A stretch of DNA of 63,092 nt, the filler included, from Bigelowiella natans CCMP2755 (taxonomy: Eukaryota > Protista > Cercozoa), in the NCBI GenBank assembly GCA_000320545.1. It is 6 parts of 6 records of this genome, joined end to end, with 100 filler letters (N's around TTAATTAATTAA, not from the genome) between each part and the next. Parts side by side here need not be neighbours in the genome. Positions count along the whole stretch, not along the records: positions 49,857 to 60,627 come from ADNK01000357.1; positions 60,728 to 63,092 come from ADNK01002705.1; 4 more parts are not named here. One strand, given 5' to 3'. Shown piece after piece: positions 56,580-63,092 of this stretch (position 1 is its first letter; each line of letters starts with the position of its first letter). The notes beneath the pieces are model-generated. The model searched no databases. It was not told the origin of the DNA and saw nothing but the letters and a program-made list of their open reading frames with translations. The translations under genes and the position numbers were made by a program.

Positions 56580-57780
56580 AGCGGAGGCATGAAAAGCGGT
56601 GTTCGTGGAAACGCGTGTGCTTTTCCTGACGAGTCGAGTCGAATCTTGAATCTTGAATCTTGAATTTTGAATCTTCATTTTCGGTGGCAACAAATTCCGC
56701 CGAACAAGTTTGAGTTCACCTCAGCTGCATCAACCCTTCACTTTCCTCAAGTTTCTTTCTTTCTTTCTTTCCTCGGTGGTCTTGTTGTTGGTTGGGGAGG
56801 AAGTGGATTGAGTCGTCGTCATTTCTGATGGTGCTTCCAGCTGCACCATTGGAATCACTTCGTTCGTTCACTTGTTTGCCACTGAAATTGTTCTTCGCGT
56901 GCACCCACTCGTTCGCTGCCGGTTCAAAGGGAACAGTGGCCATGAGTGCCGCACGCCGATGAGCCCGGCACCTTTTTTGTTTTGTTTGTTGTTCATTGTC
57001 ACTTTGTGCTTGTTTCATTTGCTAGACGTTCCATCCTTCCGCTTGGTCAGCACGCTTCGTGCACACAGAGCCAGAGAGGGCGCTGAAAAGAGCCCTCAGC
57101 CCAGCTAGCCAGCTCACGTGCACACAAGCACACACTGTGCTTTGCATCGCGATGCAGTGCACGCAACGAGGTTGTTGTTTGTTCCACAAATCGTCATGAC
57201 GTGCCATGCTAGCATGGCGCAGGTCGTCCAGTGCACCAGTTGTTCACTGTGAGCTGGACCAGTGGAGCACGCACGCGCACGTGTGCACTGAAAACACTGG
57301 AAAGAAGGTCTGGTTTGACTCATTGTGCACTGCACGACGCTGACACCAACACACACATACGCCCAGCGTTGGCCAGCTTTGCCAAGGAGTGTGCATGCAC
57401 ACGACAGCTAGAGACAGCAAGCTAGCAAGACAAACAGTGCGCACCAATCTGGCATTGCCAGATTGTGAAACAGAACTTTTGGATCACTTGCAAGCTGCAT
57501 TGCACGTTCTGAAAACGAGCATGTGCACACTCAACGTGCGCTCTGATTGCACGATTGCATGACAAACGGTGATGCGATCTAGCTGCTGCTCATCGACAAC
57601 ATTGATCATTGCCCATCAACCAAGAGTTGAATTTGGCACCTCCAACAATGGTTCCACGTTCGAGCCCATCCTGTGGCGAATGCACGTGCATGCATTCTGT
57701 GGCTAGCTTCGATCTGCACTGACCAACTGCTAGACTGGCGCAGCAGACTGCGCGTTTGAAAAAACACGTGCACAATGTGG
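56580..57780. other. TpA-depleted, CTAG-retaining intergenic tract
   Basis: By eye 9 TpA in about 1200 bp, 8 in CTAG and 1 in ATAC. Confidence 0.9.
56641..56675 (+). repeat. 7-bp tandem repeat (GAATCTT) x5 upstream of AMT
   Basis: GAATCTTGAATCTTGAATCTTGAATTTTGAATCTT. Confidence 0.85.
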
Positions 57781-57917
57781 CCTATACTCATGCTTGCTTG
57801 TGAATGACAGAGTGGCATGATCTAGTGATCTAAGATGACATGCAACATGAAATGAACATTCGTGAAAACATGTCATTGATTTCGCACGTTGGACACCCTA
57901 GCATGCGGATAAACCTT

Positions 57918-58181
57918 CTACTTAATCATCCTCTTCATAATGGATTCGTTCAGACACCCAATTCTTTGCCTGAAGGAGGAGAAAAAATAGGAAAAACATA
58001 CAATGCAATCTTTTGAACATCTGCTGTTAAAAGAGATGGTGCGATGTGCTATCCTATCATTACCGTCTGATAGGCGAAAGAAAGAAACTGCTGCACCGCT
58101 ATGTTGATGCTGCGAGCGGTTGAACGTCCTGTTAAAGCATAAAAAAATTAGGTTACACAACGAAACTACACAGCGAAAAAT

Positions 58182-58219
<38 letters not shown>

Positions 58220-58438
58220 GTATCTACACCAGACATAAGAACACCACTGAGTATAATCCGTGCTTGCTGCTAAGCATTGAGGTAGTAGAAGAACTGGTAC
58301 TACTGCTACCTCGAAACATCCTATGGACGGCCCTACGTTCAAGCTCCGGTCCTTGCACCACGGAATCTAGCATAGCTTTTGCATGCTTATCAAGCTTTTC
58401 TCCTGAAAGACAATTTAAGCACACACACACACACAGAG

Positions 58439-58493
<55 letters not shown>

Positions 58494-59303
58494 TGAGGGC
58501 GTTATATCATGAATCAAGTAGAAAAACACTAAAAATCCATCCATAACATCTAGCATCGTTACAACTGGAAGGAACTCGTAAATCATGATTTTCACACATC
58601 CTGTTCTACGTGTTATCTTCGCGCAGCACAAACCGAGTTGGTCCCCAATACGATGCACCATGGCGTTGCGTGCGGCCAGCTCCATTCCGAGCCGTCGGAA
58701 ATTCCTTCATTTGTAGGAGAGTAGTCAAGTCAGATTAAGGTGGAATTTTGCCCAGAATTGTTGGACATTTGATTTGAAACCAGCGAAAGATAACAGGAGG
58801 AGGACGATTCGTCCTCTTAATCCGTTTAGAAGTATCATTATTATCATCATCATCATCATCATCATCATACTCATACTCATCCTTGCTACACCCCTTCCCC
58901 TCCCCATCCGCTCCAAACCTCTTCCCTACAGCGTCGGCGAAAACCTCAGCTTGCATCTCACGGTGGTGGTCAATGCTGGCCTTTTCGCCCTGGGAGACCC
59001 AAAAGCAACAGGTTAAAGCAGCAGAAACGGAAAAACGACGAGGAATTGAAATATCTAAATAACATTTCCCCCCCCTTCATCTCGGAAAAGTACACTGACG
59101 TTGGGCGGGGAACTTTGTGCACATGATGATGATGAAAAAGAAACTGGTGGTGGCGGTGGTGACTACATTTCCTTGCTCGAAATATTGGCAGGTTGTTAAG
59201 GCTTTCCCTACCTCGAAGAATTTGGGGCGGCTCTTCAGTTTACGGCGGAAGTAAGGACTGGCGATGCGGTAATACGATCGGTCCGGAAATCTAATAATCA
59301 TAT

Positions 59304-59349
<46 letters not shown>

Positions 59350-60283
59350 GAATATGTGTGTGTGTGTGTGTATGCGCGCGCGCGCGCGCGTATTCTGTTC
59401 CTCTCTCAGTCTGCTCACACCCTTGAATCGCCTTATACTTCGTGCCGTTGGCGGTGACTTTGTACGTGAATGGCACGGCAAACCGCGTAGTATCCTGACA
59501 CATCCTGCGAATCCTCTGCAGGATGGATGTGGTGGTCAGTCAGTGCTCAACATCCACCGGTAAACAACGATAACGACGACGAACGACGGCGATTGAAAAG
59601 AATCGGCGATAGAAAAGGGCAGGAATTCGCGCTTAGGAGAGCATTCGAATGACATAGCTATCACTGATATAACAGAGTAACTATCATCATCATCCTCATC
59701 GTCGCCATCCCCGTTGTTCTTCTGTTCTCAAGACCAACCCGTGTCCTGTTTTGGATGGCCCTCAAATCGAATTTAGGCGGCTTTTCGCCAAACGCGGAGC
59801 ACCTATCACACGGGAGGGCGGTGGGGGTTCGGGGGCAGGGGGGGGTGGAAGATTTTCAGCGTTGTGTCCTTTTCACAAGGATCTTAGGAACTGAAGAAAA
59901 CGACGCGGCAGCAATGCACAAATCAGCACAATCTTGGCGTTCTCTTCGATATTGATATCGATGATGACGATGATGGTGGCGACTGGTGATGGTGGTGGTA
60001 GCGACTGACACTCATTTTCACGATCGGCTTGTGTGTGTGTGGGAGACTCACTGAGCGCAGAGAATTGTGACCCAGTTTGTCCTCCCCGGCACCATCTCGA
60101 TCTCAGTCCCCAATATCTCCTACAAAACAGCCGCAAACGAAGAATAAAACCAAGAAGAGCAACAACAGCACCGTACGAGAACAATGAGGGGAAAATCATC
60201 ACGCTCACGCCAATCCCTCCCCTGCTGACCGGGGTGAGTCGCTTCTGCTGAAGGGCGCTCGTGAGGAGATCCTTGACCTTCAT
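57918..60283 (-). CDS. Multi-exon hypothetical protein with N-terminal membrane anchor
   Basis: MKVKDLLTSALQQKRLTP...FSYGAVVALLGFILRLRLF followed by several spliced exons to RMIK*. Confidence 0.5.
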
Positions 60284-60366
60284 GCTGTTCTGTAGTGTCG
60301 TTGGTGACCAACGACAACAAAATTATAAGCAATGAGATCGCATAACCAAAAAATTAAAAACAAACA

Positions 60367-60450
<84 letters not shown>

Positions 60451-60577
60451 GTGATGCCATCCGTATCCTTCCTCCCCCCCCCCCCACCCCCGCACGACGG
60501 ACGACGGACGCGAGCGCGCGCAAGCGCGAGCGCGCGCGCGCGCGCGAGCGAGCGCGCGGGGGGGGGGGGGGGGGGGG

Positions 60578-60608
<31 letters not shown>

Positions 60609-60627
60609 CGTGTGTGTGCGCGCGCGT

Positions 60628-60727
60628 NNNNNNNNNNNNNNNNNNNNNNNNNNNNNNNNNNNNNNNNNNNNTTAATTAATTAANNNNNNNNNNNNNNNNN
60701 NNNNNNNNNNNNNNNNNNNNNNNNNNN
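60628..60727. other. Assembly gap
   Basis: N-run with TTAATTAATTAA spacer. Confidence 0.95.
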
Positions 60728-60763
60728 TATATATATATATATACATATCATATAAAACATATA

Positions 60764-60814
<51 letters not shown>

Positions 60815-60875
60815 ATACTTACGCAGCAAATGGTGACTAAGCATCAATACCTGTCTCATCATACAATTTTATTCA

Positions 60876-61961
60876 AGGGCTGTTCACTTTCCATTTGGGG
60901 CAGCGGTCCTGCGTCGTGTCATCGCGGCAAACATCCCATTCGTTTTTCTCACAAACGGCGGTGCTGGTAATGAAGTAGCAAAGACAGGAAGAGATAGTAT
61001 TGATAATGATGACGATCAGAACGATGATAATGATGACGATGATGATGATGCGGGCACAACCTTCAACCCATCCTCTCGTTGACGTAGCTCTAGTTTTCAG
61101 CAAACGCATCGCAATGATGCTGTCGCTAGCCTTCCGAAAAAAGCAAACGATTTAACAACAATTACGCTAGGCCGCACAGAGAACGAATACGCCAACGAAT
61201 TGAAGCACAAGCTCCTACACGTTGAGGCCAAAAACGGAGAGGGAAAAGAACCTCTTCCTCGAGCACGCCCGCTGCTAAGGCAGCTTCAGCAGGACGATAG
61301 CCAGGAGGAAGGAAAAGAGGGCAATATGAAAAGCACCCTCGAGATTACCGACGATCAGGTTGCTTTAGAACGGGGTGTTTTATTATTTAAGCTCACGCCT
61401 CTCTACAAAGCGTATTTTAGTAGAAGCATCTGATATTCCCCCCCCCCGCCGCCCTCCCTCCCTCCATTCCCTCTCTAGATGATATTAGCATACACCCCGT
61501 TTAACACGGAGCTGTCGCATCTGAAGAAGCATCCGGTGCTGATCGTGGGGGCTGAAAAGACGCTGCGTGTTGCGCGGGACACTTACGGATTTCGAGAAGC
61601 TGTGCATATATCGGAGTAATGAGAGAGGCTGTGTGTGCAGGGTTGGGGGGAGGGGGGGGGAAGGAGTCATTGCATATGTGAGAAAGAGAAATATAACAAT
61701 AATAATTATAATATCGATTTGTATGCTTTTCCCCCTCTATGTAAAGGTACGCCAGGCGCAACCCTCTGCTAAATCCATTTGCTAAGAGGGCCAACACTAC
61801 CACCTCCTCGACGGACCTCGCCCCACTCGAAAAGCACGGGGACATTCACTTCAGGGCTGTCTTGGTAGTAGCGGCATATACAGAATGGGTTGGAGAGTAT
61901 TTGCTTTCGAGCGTACGATATATGTGCGCGTGCGCACGCGTGTGTGAGTGTGTGTGTGTAT

Positions 61962-61999
<38 letters not shown>

Positions 62000-62680
62000 A
62001 TATGTATTTTTCGGTTGTTCCTAGGTATTCTCGGATCCATCCAACTTCTTCGAGGCGCTGCAGATCATCACTGACGTTCTCTTGTCAAGCAAACCGGTAT
62101 GTGTACATTCGATCGAGACAACTGATGAGAAGAAGAAGAAGAAGAAGAAGAAGAAGAAGAAGAAGAAGAAGAAGAAGAAGAAGAAATATGAAAACGGGGA
62201 GGAGGAGGACGAGGAGAGGGAGAGGGGGGGGGGAGCAAAACCACGAACGATGATATAACATGCTCCTCATTGCCAGATGTATTCATATTGTTTCTTCTAT
62301 TGTTTGCCAATCCTTCAATCAACCAAACATTGTCCCCCCATCCTTATTCTCCAGAGCGAGTGCGAGCACGAGAAAAGCCATCAGATACCCGTGTACTTCT
62401 CAGCTGGGGACTTATTGTGGAAGAGCCAGCACCGTAACCCAAGGTACGTGCTGTATTGCAATATATCAAACACACACACGCATTCACAAACACAAAATAG
62501 GATGCTGATAAACCTGTACGAAGTGCAATCCGAAGATCTGCAAATTAGAATAAACTTGCAGTCTCCCTCCCCCCCCTTACTCTCTCTCTCTTTTCAGATT
62601 CGGGCTTGGAGCATTTCGCATCGCTTTAGAAGCACTGTACACTGCGCGTATGCGTGCAATAGGTATTGCCCCCCTTACCT
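60876..62680 (+). CDS. HAD-superfamily class IIA hydrolase, HDHD5/CECR5-like (partial at both ends)
   Basis: NIPFVFLTNGG, MILAYTPF, VLIVG..RVARDTYGF, VFSDPSNFFEALQIITDVLLS, QIPVYFSAGDLLWKSQHRNPRFGLGAFRIALEALY. Confidence 0.85.
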
Positions 62681-62705
62681 TTTGCTGCCTCAGAATATAT
62701 ACATG

Positions 62706-62748
<43 letters not shown>

Positions 62749-62876
62749 ATAACGATCTGTCTACATTTTAAAAAGGCATTGAGGAGAAGGAAATAGAGTC
62801 TCGCTTGAATCTCTTTGTTCAATACGGCAAACCGACAACAGCTCAATTTCGGTACTAGTAGCAGTAGTAGTTGTAG

Positions 62877-62916
<40 letters not shown>

Positions 62917-63092
62917 GTGTGTGTGTGAGCCAGACAGAGTGATAAATACGAGGAGGATATATATATGTCGTGAATGATAAAGAAATGAAGATATTCTCTC
63001 ATGCCCCCCACCCTATAGTGGTGTGATAATAAAGACATGTGTTTATGGATGTGTATGTGCCCATGTATTTATGTACGTACTGTTATGAATAA

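Noticed and set aside
56716-57818. Cluster of overlapping Cys/His-rich ORFs (also at 15051-15937 and 1014-1528)
   Set aside because: By-product of TpA loss, which removes TAA/TAG stops and Tyr codons; no coding motifs

Overview
Left end of a eukaryotic chromosome or scaffold: (CCCTAA)n telomere, a short pseudogene-filled subtelomere, then about 16 intron-containing genes and five assembly gaps. Bipartite plastid-targeting leaders, microsatellite-rich introns and the gene style suggest a chlorarachniophyte alga such as Bigelowiella; this organism call is an inference. Recognisable genes: a divergent eIF5A, a plastid CDGSH/NEET protein, MTFP1-like, polyprenol reductase (SRD5A3-like), RWDD1-like, a very large soluble-adenylate-cyclase/STAND protein with RBD-like and PH-like domains, a Cds1-like PLP enzyme, a NATD1/YjdJ-type GNAT, an ammonium transporter and an HDHD5/CECR5-like HAD hydrolase. 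The most striking signal is not a gene. Discrete ~1 kb tracts (about 195-1560, 10860-11800, 14870-15945, 56580-57780) have lost almost every TpA except in CTAG. Four duplicate pairs inside the window show TpA replaced by TpG or CpA in the copy lying in such a tract. This looks like a region- or repeat-targeted TpA->TpG/CpA hypermutation, opposite in direction to fungal RIP. All counts were made by eye and should be recomputed.
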